NCBI RefSeq assembly: GCF_006345805.1
Contig: NW_021824070.1
Location: 1-20,029, forward strand
Length of the DNA: 20,029 bases
Direction: 5' to 3'
Source of the DNA: Octopus sinensis
Lineage: Eukaryota
Part shown: positions 1 through 8,875 of the stretch, in pieces
Position numbering within the stretch: the stretch's first letter is position 1
How the letters are laid out: each line of letters opens with the position of its first letter
Made by a program: the position numbers and the translations under genes
Notes under the pieces: generated by a model
Database searches by the model: none
What the model saw: the letters and a program-made list of their open reading frames with translations, nothing else
Told to the model about the DNA's origin: nothing

Positions 1-213
1 ATATTGGTAGTGCCTGCGAAAGTCGCAGAGAATGTAGGGCCTGAGGTAAACAAAAGAAAACAAAAATGTAATTTAAGACGATCGACAAAGAAATAAATTG
101 AAAACGAGCAATATATGGCCCTAGGGCCAATAGGACAAGAATGGTGGGTTACGCTTAGAAGAAATCTTGACGGATATAGAAAACAGCAAATAGCAAGACA
201 GAATTTTTTTTTC

Positions 214-282
214 TTTTTTGCGAAAAATGGTTCAATAATTTTAATTAATTTAAAAAATTTGAATCGAAACAGCTGTTAGAGA
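214..282 (+). ncRNA. Degenerate type I hammerhead-like remnant
   Basis: Stem II GGTTCAA(229-235)/TTGAATC(259-265) lies directly before GAA-ACAGCTGT-T-AGAG (266-281). The palindromic stem III is identical to that at 18304-18311. The core is only GCGAAAA and stem I is weak (T-run versus AGAG). Confidence 0.3.
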
Positions 283-513
283 TTATGTTATTTTTGTAAT
301 TAATAAATATAATTATTATTGATTTTCTTTTTCTATTATATATATATATTATAATATATATATATATTATATATATATATATATATAGGGAGATGTACTC
401 GCATAGCAAGTAATTTGATCGTGTGCTGAACGAAACAATTGCAGCGTGGAAGTGTTTATAAGCCATTTAAGAAACACAAAAGCCGTTCGATTCACTTCAA
501 CATTTAAGTTTAA

Positions 514-564
514 TTTGTCAAAATATTTTCGTCGCTAAAATCCGCGACCCTGTTCACTGACAAA
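514..564 (-). ncRNA. Type I hammerhead-like motif, G3-C8 swapped core (left copy)
   Basis: Minus strand: TTTGTCA | GTGAACA | GG | GTCGC ggatttta GCGAC | GAA | AATATT | T | TGACAAA. Perfect 7-bp stem I, 5-bp stem II, palindromic stem III; predicted cleavage after the U at 521. Confidence 0.65.
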
Positions 565-589
565 AAATCCGTCAGATGCAGCACGGATT

Positions 590-639
590 TTTGACAGTGA
601 ACAGGTCGCGGATTTTAGCGACGAAAATATTTTGACAAA
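590..639 (+). ncRNA. Type I hammerhead-like motif, G3-C8 swapped core (right copy)
   Basis: TTTGACA | GTGAACA(597-603) | G | GTCGC(605-609) ggatttta GCGAC(618-622) | GAA | AATATT(626-631) | T632 | TGACAAA. Stem I has one A-A mismatch. Confidence 0.65.
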
Positions 640-738
640 TTAAACTTAAATGTTGAAGTGATTGAACGGCTTTTGTGTTTCTTAAATGGCTTATAAACAC
701 CTTCTACGCTGCAATTGTATATAAATATATATATATAT

Positions 739-953
739 GAGATACAAAAGTGGGACAAGAATGCAAAACATCCAGACAGTTAGGTAATACAAAAAAGGGA
801 CAACAAAACACCCAGACAGACGATACAAAGAAAACAAGCACAGGTCATTCGGAGTTTTCTATCCTCAGTCGAGTTCCACATTATCTTTGCAATTTCGTCC
901 TTGTTTTCTTTGTATCGTCTGTCTGGATGTTTTGCGTTCTTGTCCGATTTTTT
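739..953. repeat. Inverted-repeat element with internal duplication
   Basis: GGACAAGAATGCAAAACATCCAGACAG...ACGATACAAAGAAAACAAG (753-838) pairs with CTTGTTTTCTTTGTATCGTCTGTCTGGATGTTTTGCGTTCTTGTCC (900-945). The left arm carries an extra ~40-nt partial duplication (780-819). Confidence 0.75.
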
Positions 954-1238
954 TAATTTTTTATATATAAAGTATAGCGGCGTACGTACACTTTGGTCTC
1001 ATATATATATATATATACATCCTGCTCCCAATATATATATCTACTCATCTGTATAATGTATACTGGATATTCCATATTTATGTCATGCTCGCTATTTCCC
1101 GACGACTTCTCGTTGCTGACGCCACAAAAGGGATGAATATTAACGTTAAAGGCGTGAAATTTCTGCGATCCTTTGGACGATAACTGACGAGGATTTAGCG
1201 ATATTCTGTGAGCTTTCTCTTTGTTCCGTTTGCTTTTG

Positions 1239-1241
<3 letters not shown>

Positions 1242-1277
<36 letters not shown>

Positions 1278-1310
1278 CATTGTGTGCTTTTGGTACATAT
1301 AATAATAATA

Positions 1311-1352
<42 letters not shown>

Positions 1353-1378
1353 GTATTAGTATTATTGTTATTATTATA
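1242..1378. repeat. (TA)n and (TAA)n/(TAT)n microsatellites
   Basis: Direct reading of the sequence; these explain ORFs 953..1414 and 1221..1403. Confidence 0.95.
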
Positions 1379-1964
1379 TTTATCCCACATTATATCGGTA
1401 TAACCATGATGCAACCTCGAAAATCTGACTCAGAAGTCAGTATCATTAAGCAATAGACGGCATAATGAAATAGGATCTTTATTTGCATATCTTTTAACGT
1501 TCCTAAAGGAATTTAAAAGATACACATGCACACACACACACACACACACACATATATACACACATACATATGCATATTTATGCATATACAAATACATATT
1601 TAAAGAAGGATTTTCTTAAAATTTATGTTCTATCTTAGAAAATCTTAGAAAAAATAGAATAAATAATATAACACCAACGATGCAGCAGATAAATCGTTTT
1701 TTAAGCATACGTATTTCGGGATAATCCGTATTGAAGAAGTTGTTTTTATAGCTGTGTTTACTATTTCTGCATTAGTTCCGGATTTAGAATGATTATAAAA
1801 TAATCTCTTGGCTTTCCTATTGATAATTTATATCGAAGAAGAAAAAAAACAAACAAAAAAACGGACAAAACAAGGAAATATTTTAAAATTTCCCTTTGTA
1901 CAAATGTCTAGATTTTCGCTAAATAAAACATTTTATTTCAAAAAGATCAGTTTTTTAAAAAAAA

Positions 1965-2359
1965 ACTAGGATTATCGCCCGGCGTTGCTCGGGTTTGTTT
2001 CGACCCTTTAGAATGGGAATTTTTGAAAAGTAAAAATTTTGCATTATGTAGCTTGTTATTCTCTTTAAGTGAACATTTTTCTGGTTGAAATACACCGAAA
2101 AATGGCGACACAGCAGTCAAAAAATCGTTAAAAAATATGGATTTTCATAGAAAAAAGGCACCTTTTTGATGTAAATAATTTTTGGTGTTAATATGGTCCG
2201 ATTTGAATTTTTTCTTCTACGGAATGAAGAGCAAGCCTTCTTCTATCATACTCTCAATTTTGGTCAACTTGCGCCGCAGGGTCTCGGAGGAGATAGTGTT
2301 AGTTGAAGGCTACGAAACCTGCCATACACACACAACTTCAGCTTTATATAGAGAGAGAT
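1965..2359 (+). mobile_element. Non-autonomous Helentron/Helitron-like (HINE/DINE-1-like) element
   Basis: It starts ACTAG, has a GC hairpin CCCG-gcgttgct-CGGG (1978-1993) near the start, and ends ...GGAGATAG...ACACACACAACTTCAGCTTTATATAGAGAGAGATT. This layout resembles invertebrate HINE elements. No coding capacity. Confidence 0.6.
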
Positions 2360-2592
2360 TTATTGCTATTCTAGAATCTTTTGGTTATCCTCTGTTCAGT
2401 TATTACACACATCCCACTACGATGGTTACCACAGTTTGTTACTTGTTTTGTTTTATTCTGAATTTCGCCTTTGCTAAGAGTCTTTTGAGATTTGGCAGTT
2501 GTCTTCAGTTGTTCATGATTTATGGTTTTTTAAAATTATTTAAGCAATAATAAATCTTAGAGCGAGTTATAAACAGTAGCTGCAACACATCG

Positions 2593-2880
2593 TGACGTAT
2601 ATTTGCCATTTAAATATGGCTAACCCCTAAGGGTGGATGCTACTGTAGTTTGTAGCCCCAGGAGGGCACCTCCTCCAGCCGGCTATAGACACACTTTCTG
2701 TGCCCTATCAATATTTGCAAAGGGAAGCCATCCTTCCCGTCTCCAACTTGTGATACACACGGACTCGAGTTTCTGAGTATTGACCCGTCATCGGCGTGTT
2801 GATGATGTATAAAAAATTGACAGGTACCATTTAGCCGAATGTAAAATGTGATTTCTAGGATTATGGGTGATTACAACTGT
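2593..2880 (-). mobile_element. Hammerhead-bearing repeat (probable Penelope-like pseudo-LTR fragment)
   Basis: GC-richer block between AT-rich flanks, containing the hammerhead at 2757-2799 and a run of short hairpins at 2605-2674. Boundaries are approximate. Confidence 0.45.
2757..2799 (-). ncRNA. Minimal type I hammerhead ribozyme motif (U4C core, GUC site)
   Basis: Minus strand: ACACG | CCGATGA | CGGGT caat ACTCA | GAA | ACTCGAGT | C | CGTGT. Stem I is 5 bp, stem III is a palindrome, and predicted cleavage is between 2762 and 2761. Stem II has a C-A closing mismatch. Confidence 0.75.
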
Positions 2881-2899
2881 AATATATACATATATATTT

Positions 2900-2997
2900 C
2901 CCCGTGACGACCAGGCTATCAGATGTTGCTACACATCGCTGGTCACAATACGCTTCGCATTGTTTTAGCCTTCAAATGACGCCACCCCGCAGGCCAA
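2900..2997 (-). repeat. Probable 3' fragment of an octopus interspersed repeat/SINE
   Basis: Recognised from memory as a common octopus repeat tail (CCCCGTGACGACCAGGCTATCAGATGTTGC...). There is only one copy in the window, so it cannot be checked internally. Confidence 0.4.
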
Positions 2998-3002
2998 CAG
3001 AA

Positions 3003-3119
3003 GGAAGTGGGAGAGAAAGTTGTGGCGAAAGAGTACAGCAGGGATCACCACCACCCCCTGCCGGAGCCTCGTGGAGCTTTAGGTGTTTTCGCTCAATAAA
3101 CACTCACAACGCCCAGTCT
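3003..3119 (-). mobile_element. SINE family B body fragment
   Basis: Near-identical to 9562-9683 (GAGAGAAAGTTGTGG...CACTCACAACGCCC). Confidence 0.85.
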
Positions 3120-3130
3120 ATATATATATA

Positions 3131-3193
3131 GTGGGGGCACAATGGACCAGTGGTTATGGCAGCGGACTCGCGGTCGTAGGATCGGGGTTTCGA
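3131..3193 (+). mobile_element. SINE family B tRNA-like head
   Basis: Matches the reverse complement of 9688-9751; A-box-like TGGACCAGTGG and a partial B-box GGTTTCGA. Confidence 0.85.
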
Positions 3194-3331
3194 CCCTAGT
3201 ATGCAACTAGTACTTATTTTATCGACTCCGAAAGGATGGACGGCAAAGTTGGAATTTGAACTCAGAACGTAAAAGACGAAATACCGCTAAGCATTTCACC
3301 CCGCGTGCTTACGTTTCTGCCAGCTCACCGC
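3190..3331 (-). mobile_element. SINE family D (tRNA-derived) copy
   Basis: Homologous to 6050-6199 and 6850-6955 (GAAAGGATG...GGAATTTGAACTCAGAACGT...GACGAAATAC). Confidence 0.85.
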
Positions 3332-4169
3332 ATTCGCACGTGCACACAAACACACACACACACATACATATATATGCATGTATATATATTTATGGATGTG
3401 TATGTATGTTTGCAAACAAGCACGCATATATGTATGTATGTATGTACGGACGGACATACTTGCGGATAAGTTGCTAAACATTAGATTCGTCTCTGGTGCA
3501 GCGTTACACACCTCATGTGTTGATAGTTTATCTTCACCCTTGGCTGGCAAACGGTCTATCAGATGGAAAAATCCCAGAAACTCAACACTAAAGCACTCAC
3601 ACACACACACACACACACACAACACACACACACACACACTCATAATATAAAACTGAGAATGTGTGTGTGTGATTCACTACAACTCGACAAATACCTTAGG
3701 GTCGATGGTAGTGTCATGGCCAAAAAAAAAAAAAAAAGATTCCAACTTCTTGCCTAATGCGAGCCCAGAGCAATCTCTTAACGCTTACACTGTTTCGGTA
3801 TTACGTGAAAAAAGTGAAACAATAACAATTCTATTGTAATGTGAGATAATATTACACTATTATATGGTTTCAATTTCAATGTTTCACTATTATTAATATA
3901 CATGTTTGTATATGAATGTATATATATATGTGTGTGTGTGTGTGTGGAGAGTATTGTAGTTCGCTTGAAGCATTGCGTATTGTTTCTAAGAAAAAATGTT
4001 TTGAATGGTACAACAATGCACCATAATACAGTCAATGGTCTATATACCTGTTGTAATTTAGTCATCCATAGTCTGATATGATATTTAGGAATAATATTCC
4101 TTCTTCAGATATTCTTAGATGGAATCGCTGCCATCTATCTATCTATCTATCTATCTAAAAAAATATAAC

Positions 4170-4462
4170 ATGTGACTTCATTGACCGAGGTTACCGTGGT
4201 CTTTTCCGTAGGCTTTTCTTTCCAGGGGTAAACCTCACCTGTCCTCCCCTTTACACCTTATATTGAAATTTCTGTGATAACGATCCCTATTGATAGATTA
4301 AAAAAATGTTTTACCCCCCCCCCTTTTTTTGTCCTCTTTCTTTCCTTTTACGATCCCTTTTGATCGAAAACCAAACCCACTTTTTATCCCCAAAAGAAAA
4401 GCTCTACCTTGTAATTTGTCCTGTCTGTGTGCAGCCCTGTGTGGCTAATAAAGAAACATATC
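4170..4462 (+). mobile_element. Retroposon 3' segment sharing its tail with SINE family D variants
   Basis: The tail CCTTGTAATTTGTCCTGTCTGTGTGCAGCCCTGTGTGGCTAATAAAGAAAC aligns to the reverse complement of 5975-6023 and 6956-7005. The 5' boundary is approximate. Confidence 0.5.
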
Positions 4463-4490
4463 TCTCTATCTACCTACCTACCTACCTACC

Positions 4491-4524
<34 letters not shown>

Positions 4525-4914
4525 TGATGTCTGTGTGTGTATATATATATATATATATACACATATACATGATGTGTACATACATATGTCCTGGTTTCTG
4601 CCTACGCCCGCTGTAAAACCACTTATCGTTCGTATACTCTTATCAGAGAAATCTATAAGTACGGACGGAATAGTTTCCGGTCATTGTTGGCAGTCACTTG
4701 ACTATTTTTAGACATGCTTAGTTATCGACGGCCACATAATTTCGTGAAACGTAAACCTAAGAAGATATATCTATGTTTGTCTCACCACCCTGATTCATTT
4801 CGCCAGCGCCATGGTTCGCAGTCATGGTTTTTGTAATCTATGAACCCTTTTGAATCCGATTTTGCTTTTATAACCATTTCTATCTTTTAAAAAAAATCCT
4901 ATCATATTATTATT

Positions 4915-5302
4915 GTAGGAGTGGCCGTGTGGTAAGTAGCTTGCTTACGAACAACATGGTTCCTGGTTCAGTCCCACTGCGTGGTACTTTCGGCAAGTGT
5001 CGTCTACTATAACCTCGGGCCGACCCAAGCCTTGGGAGTGGATTTGGTAAACGGAAACTGAAAGAAGCCCGTCGTATATATGTATATATATGTATGTGTG
5101 TGTATATGTTTGTGTGTCTGTGTTTGTCCCCACAACATCGCTTGACAACCGATGCTGGTGTGTTTACGTTCCTGTAACTTAGCAAAAGATACCGATAGAA
5201 TAAGTACTAAGCTTTTACAGAATAAGTTCTGGGGTCGATTTGCTCGACTAAAGGTGGTGCTCCAGCATGGCCACAGTCAAATGACTGAAAAGAGTAAAAG
5301 AT
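4915..5302 (+). mobile_element. SINE family A (tRNA-derived), near full length
   Basis: A-box TGGCCGTGTGG (4922-4932), B-box GGTTCAGTCCC (4965-4975), internal TA/TG microsatellite and an AAAGAGTAAAAGA tail. Homologous to 14783-15159 and 18857-19223. Confidence 0.9.
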
Positions 5303-5742
5303 TAAATATTACTAAGAACTGTATAAAAAGATAAGTTTTAAAATATTTTGCTTAGTGTTGAATAATTTTTAATAAAATCTTATGTGGACCCCAATGTGGA
5401 ATCCGGTTGGGAACCACTGGTTAAGTGTCTTTCGAAAGCCGTTGATTGACTGCATTTTACGAAGCGGCTACATGTACCATCTGCGATCAACATGTACCAT
5501 CATATAAGCTTGACGGTTGTCAGATAAATTTGTTCGTTCTCCTCCCCACCCTTGGCACTCCATCGTCATGTCTGGTTAGAGGTCAAATGAATTCAAATTT
5601 CCAAATCATACATCTACAAAAAAATCATAAATCGGTTGTGTTAATTTGGATAACACTGGAAATTATTAAAATTGAGGGAGCGGGGTGGTGGTGGTGGAAC
5701 GAACGAAATTATCTGACAATCTAATACTTCAACACAGGTCTT

Positions 5743-5972
5743 TACGAGTGAGTGCCGAAAAGTTCCTGGTTTTGGGTAAAAGAAAATACAGGAGAATCAT
5801 TTAATTATGATTTTATTCAACATATTTCCCTCGCAGATTCACGCACTTATTGCGGCGGTTCTTTAGTTTTCCTAAGATCTGTAAAAGAACTCGGAAGTTT
5901 GGGTTTTCAACTAGGCTTTTCGCGAAAACCCTTAAAGCCATGAACTGTTTTTTTTTTCAGCATCTCTCCATA
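5743..5972 (-). mobile_element. Mariner-derived MITE (internal deletion derivative)
   Basis: Diverged TIRs TACGAGTGAGTGCCGAAAAGTTCCTGGTTTT / AAAGCCATGAACTG(T)nCAGCATCTCTCCATA with TA ends. Minus 5875-5813 translates LGKLKNRRNKCVNLRGKYVE*, the typical mariner transposase C-terminus. Confidence 0.8.
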
Positions 5973-6199
5973 CCTATTTCTTTACTACCCACAAGGGGCT
6001 AAACACAGAGAGGACAAACAAGGACAGACAAATGGATCAAGTCGATATATCGACCCCAGTGCGTAACTGGTACTTATTCAATCTACCCCAAAAGGATGAA
6101 AGGCAAAGTCGACCTCGGCGGAATTTGAACTCGGAACGTAACGGCAGACGAAATACGGCAACGCATTTCGCCCCACCTGCTAACGTTTCTGCAAGCTCA
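5973..6199 (-). mobile_element. SINE family D copy
   Basis: B-box-like GAGTTCAAATTCC on the minus strand; homologous to the other family D copies. Confidence 0.85.
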
Positions 6200-6790
6200 A
6201 GGACGGTCCATCAAACGTTCCCCGCAATGGTTTCAAAAAAAAGAACCTCGTAAGTTTGAAGCGAAATTAGGGCTAGCACGTGACCATACCTGTAGCTACA
6301 CACAACTACCAGATTAATCTCGTTGGGACCTAAACAAAATTCCTGTCTGATAAAAGTGTTTATTTTGATGATATCTCCACTCCCCCACCACTCAGCCCTA
6401 CTCCCTTATCAACCTGGTTTTTGGCGGTGAAGAAGTTCAACGAATCATTTATAAAAACATTATAGCATTTATTTGTTTGTACCGAGATTTACTTAGTGTA
6501 GTTAAGTCAGGGTTAAGAATTTGCCTTGAGGCGGTGATGACTTTGTTTTCAAGTGTCGGTAATATAACCGCATACTTATACATGGTAATGACAACAAATG
6601 TATACATCACAACATCTGTTTAAACAAATATTGGTGTAATAAATTCCTTTTATGTTGATGGGGAAATAAACTGCGTCTATAGGTACAATACTCCCACCAT
6701 TGAAATGTTTTTCAGGCTACAGTTAAAAGTAGCTAGTCACGATATAACAACAGAAAAGCAACACTAATAATAATAATAATAATAATATAA

Positions 6791-7021
6791 TAATCCTTTC
6801 TACCATAGGCACAAGGCCTGATATTTGGAGAGGACTAGTTCAATGATATCGACCCTAGTGTTTTACTGGTACTTATTTTATCGATCCCGAAAGGATGAAA
6901 GGCAAAGTCGATCTCGGTGGAATTTGAACTCAGAACATAACAGCAGACGAAATACCTATTTCTTTACTACCCACAAGGTGCTAAACACAGAGAGGATAAA
7001 CAAGGAGAGACAAATGGATTA
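6791..7021 (-). mobile_element. SINE family D composite (body plus alternative tail)
   Basis: 6791-6955 is the D body and 6956-7021 repeats the tail seen at 5973-6040. Confidence 0.8.
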
Positions 7022-7469
7022 AAAAATATTAGTAAAATTCTTAAAATAATTGGTAACGAAGTACATTAGAATAGATGAAGAGGGTGTGGACGAAATCACG
7101 TATGGGACGAGAGTGAGCGAGAAGTTTAACAGATGAAAGTGCTGAAAAATATATGAGTTGGAAGAAAATGATAATTGGAGAAGATTGCGTAAAGAATTAG
7201 AGATTATTTGAATTTTTGACTGATCATTATATCACTTCGTGGCGATGAAAACGAACTTCAGCAAAATGATATTACATTAGGGAAATCGGTGCCGGAATGG
7301 GGTACGTTAGGGATTCATGTAGGGGATTCATGTAAGGGAGATGAAGCTGTTGAGTTATGAGATACGCAGGCAAGATGTAAAAGGAAATATATTAAATTTG
7401 TTAATTAATTATGAAAATACATCAAAAGAAAAGAAGAAAAAAAACCAACCAACAGTAATTAATAATCTT

Positions 7470-7587
7470 AATTCTAATCTAGGCACGAAGTCTGAAATTT
7501 GGGAGAGAGGGGGGGCCAGTCGATTAGATCGACCCCAGTACGCAACTGGTACTTAAATTATCGACCTCGAAAGGATGAAAAGCAAAG
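7470..7587 (-). mobile_element. SINE family D 3' fragment
   Basis: GTCGATTAGATCGACCCCAGTACGCAACTGGTACTTA...GAAAGGATGAAA matches the other D copies. Confidence 0.8.
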
Positions 7588-7841
7588 GATACAGATACAA
7601 GTTTATAGGATAGTAGGATATAGACACAAGCATATAAAATATTAGGATATAGACACAAGCATATAGGATAGTAGGATATAGATACAGGCATATAAGATAG
7701 GATATACACACAAGCTTATAGGATAATAGGATATAGACACAGGTATATAGAATAGTAGGATATAGACACAAGCATATAGGATAGTAAGATATAGACACAA
7801 GCATATAGAATAGTAGGATATAGATATAAACATATAGGATA
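7587..7841. repeat. 29-bp minisatellite, about 9 units
   Basis: Unit approximately GGATATAGACACAAGCATATAGGATAGTA; this explains the overlapping minus-strand ORFs at 7524-7959. Confidence 0.95.
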
Positions 7842-7864
7842 CTCTTTGTTCGTGAGATGGAGAG

Positions 7865-8095
7865 TCTGTTCTCCACCGCTTAACGACCGATTTTGGTTTG
7901 TTACATCCCAGTAACTTAGCTGTTTGACAAAAAAAAAAACAAAAAAAACAAACAAACAAAAACCCGACAGAATTACCAAAGCTAAAATTATAAAAAAAAA
8001 GTCATAATTACTAAGATCAATTTGTTCGACTAAAGCGCTTGAAAGCGGTGCCCTAGTATGGCCGCATTCCAATGAGTGAAACAAGTATGAGATAT
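7865..8095 (+). mobile_element. Diverged 3' half of SINE family A
   Basis: GTAACTTAGC...TTTGTTCGACTAAA...GCGGTGCCCTAGTATGGCCGCA...TGAAACAAGTA matches the family A 3' half. Confidence 0.7.
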
Positions 8096-8253
8096 AGAAT
8101 GAAAAATAAGCCTTTAGCTGCAAACTTAGGATGTTATGACAACCAGGCATAAATATTGCTGAAGCAGTCCTCAAGGAGTAAAGTATAGCTCACTTTTAAC
8201 AACTTGCTAAACGGAATCCGGATATCAATTCGTTTTTAAGGCCATTCATTTGA

Positions 8254-8875
8254 GGGATCTTTTCCTTTTGAACGGCAGACAATTTCTAGTTAACTAAACA
8301 CTTTAAAACTTCGTATACTGGTAGAATGTGTCAAAATAAAACATTTTTTTCTCTTGGCTTTCTTGAGAAAATTGTAATTTGTTTGTTTAACGTAGTTTAA
8401 TTTTTCGAATTTTAACCAATCCTATGCTCTCTTTTGAGCTAAAATCATTTGCTGCGTCTAAAACTGAGACAACATCCTGTAACTAACCCTAACCCTAAAT
8501 TTTTTTTCTTAATTGTTAAATTAATTCAATTGTTACGCGTATAAAAAAACTAAAGCAATGGAATTAAATTAATTTAACAGTTAAGAAAAAAAATTTAGGG
8601 TTAGGGTTAGGGGGGAAGTTTAGGGTTAGTTACAGGATGTTGTCTCAATTTTAGACGTAGCAAATGATTTTAGTCGAATGGAGGTAATCGATGGGTTAAA
8701 ATTGCCGAAATGCTCGGATTTTCAGACGAAATATCTTACAAACTATAGAATTTTCTCAATAAAAACCAAGAGAAAATGATGTTTTAAAAACACATTCTAC
8801 CAGTATACGAAGTTTAAAAGTGTTTAGTTAACTAGAAATTGTGTTGATATCTGCCGTTCAAAAGGAAAAGATCCC
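8254..8875. mobile_element. Foldback DNA element/MITE with internal TTAGGG repeats and a 6-bp TSD
   Basis: Termini GGGATCTTTTCCTTTTGAACGGCAG / CTGCCGTTCAAAAGGAAAAGATCCC. The arms pair imperfectly to a ~35-nt spacer near 8530-8565. ATTTGA is duplicated at 8248-8253 and 8876-8881. CCCTAA repeats at 8484-8498 and TTAGGG repeats at 8595-8625. Confidence 0.9.

Larger units (their letters stand above)
387..718. mobile_element. Palindromic (foldback) non-autonomous element carrying two hammerhead-like motifs, probably Penelope-like-element derived
   Basis: Arms 435-572 and 583-718 are reverse complements with only a few small differences, around a 10-nt loop (CAGATGCAGC). Both sides are flanked by (TA)n. 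Confidence 0.8.

Noticed and set aside
1085-1215. CCGACGA, CTGACGA and ACGCC/GGCGT-GAAATTTC elements
   Set aside because: The pieces cannot be assembled into a single hammerhead with a matching stem I and correct spacing.
1704-1745. Minus-strand GGATTATCCC-GAA-ATACGTAT palindrome
   Set aside because: No core upstream, and position 17 would be G.
2605-2690. Possible HDV-like or twister ribozyme
   Set aside because: It lacks the HDV L3/P1.1/J4-2 pattern and the twister UAA...GC...GGU..CAAG motifs.
3131-3193. tRNA gene candidates (also at 4915, 9684-9751, 15090-15159 and 19545-19608)
   Set aside because: A/B boxes are present, but each belongs to a multi-copy SINE and no complete cloverleaf forms.
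3785-3810. Minus-strand GAAACAGTGTAAGCG resembling a hammerhead 3' half
   Set aside because: No core, stem II or stem I partner upstream.
7040-7430. Purine-rich stretch with short protein-like frames (IDEEGVDEITYG..., ENDNWRRLRKELE)
   Set aside because: Frequent stops and no recognisable motif. It might be a very old coding remnant, but this cannot be supported without a translated search.
7587-7841. Regularly spaced repeats that might suggest a CRISPR-like array
   Set aside because: The units are contiguous 29-mers without unique spacers, in a eukaryotic context; this is an ordinary minisatellite.
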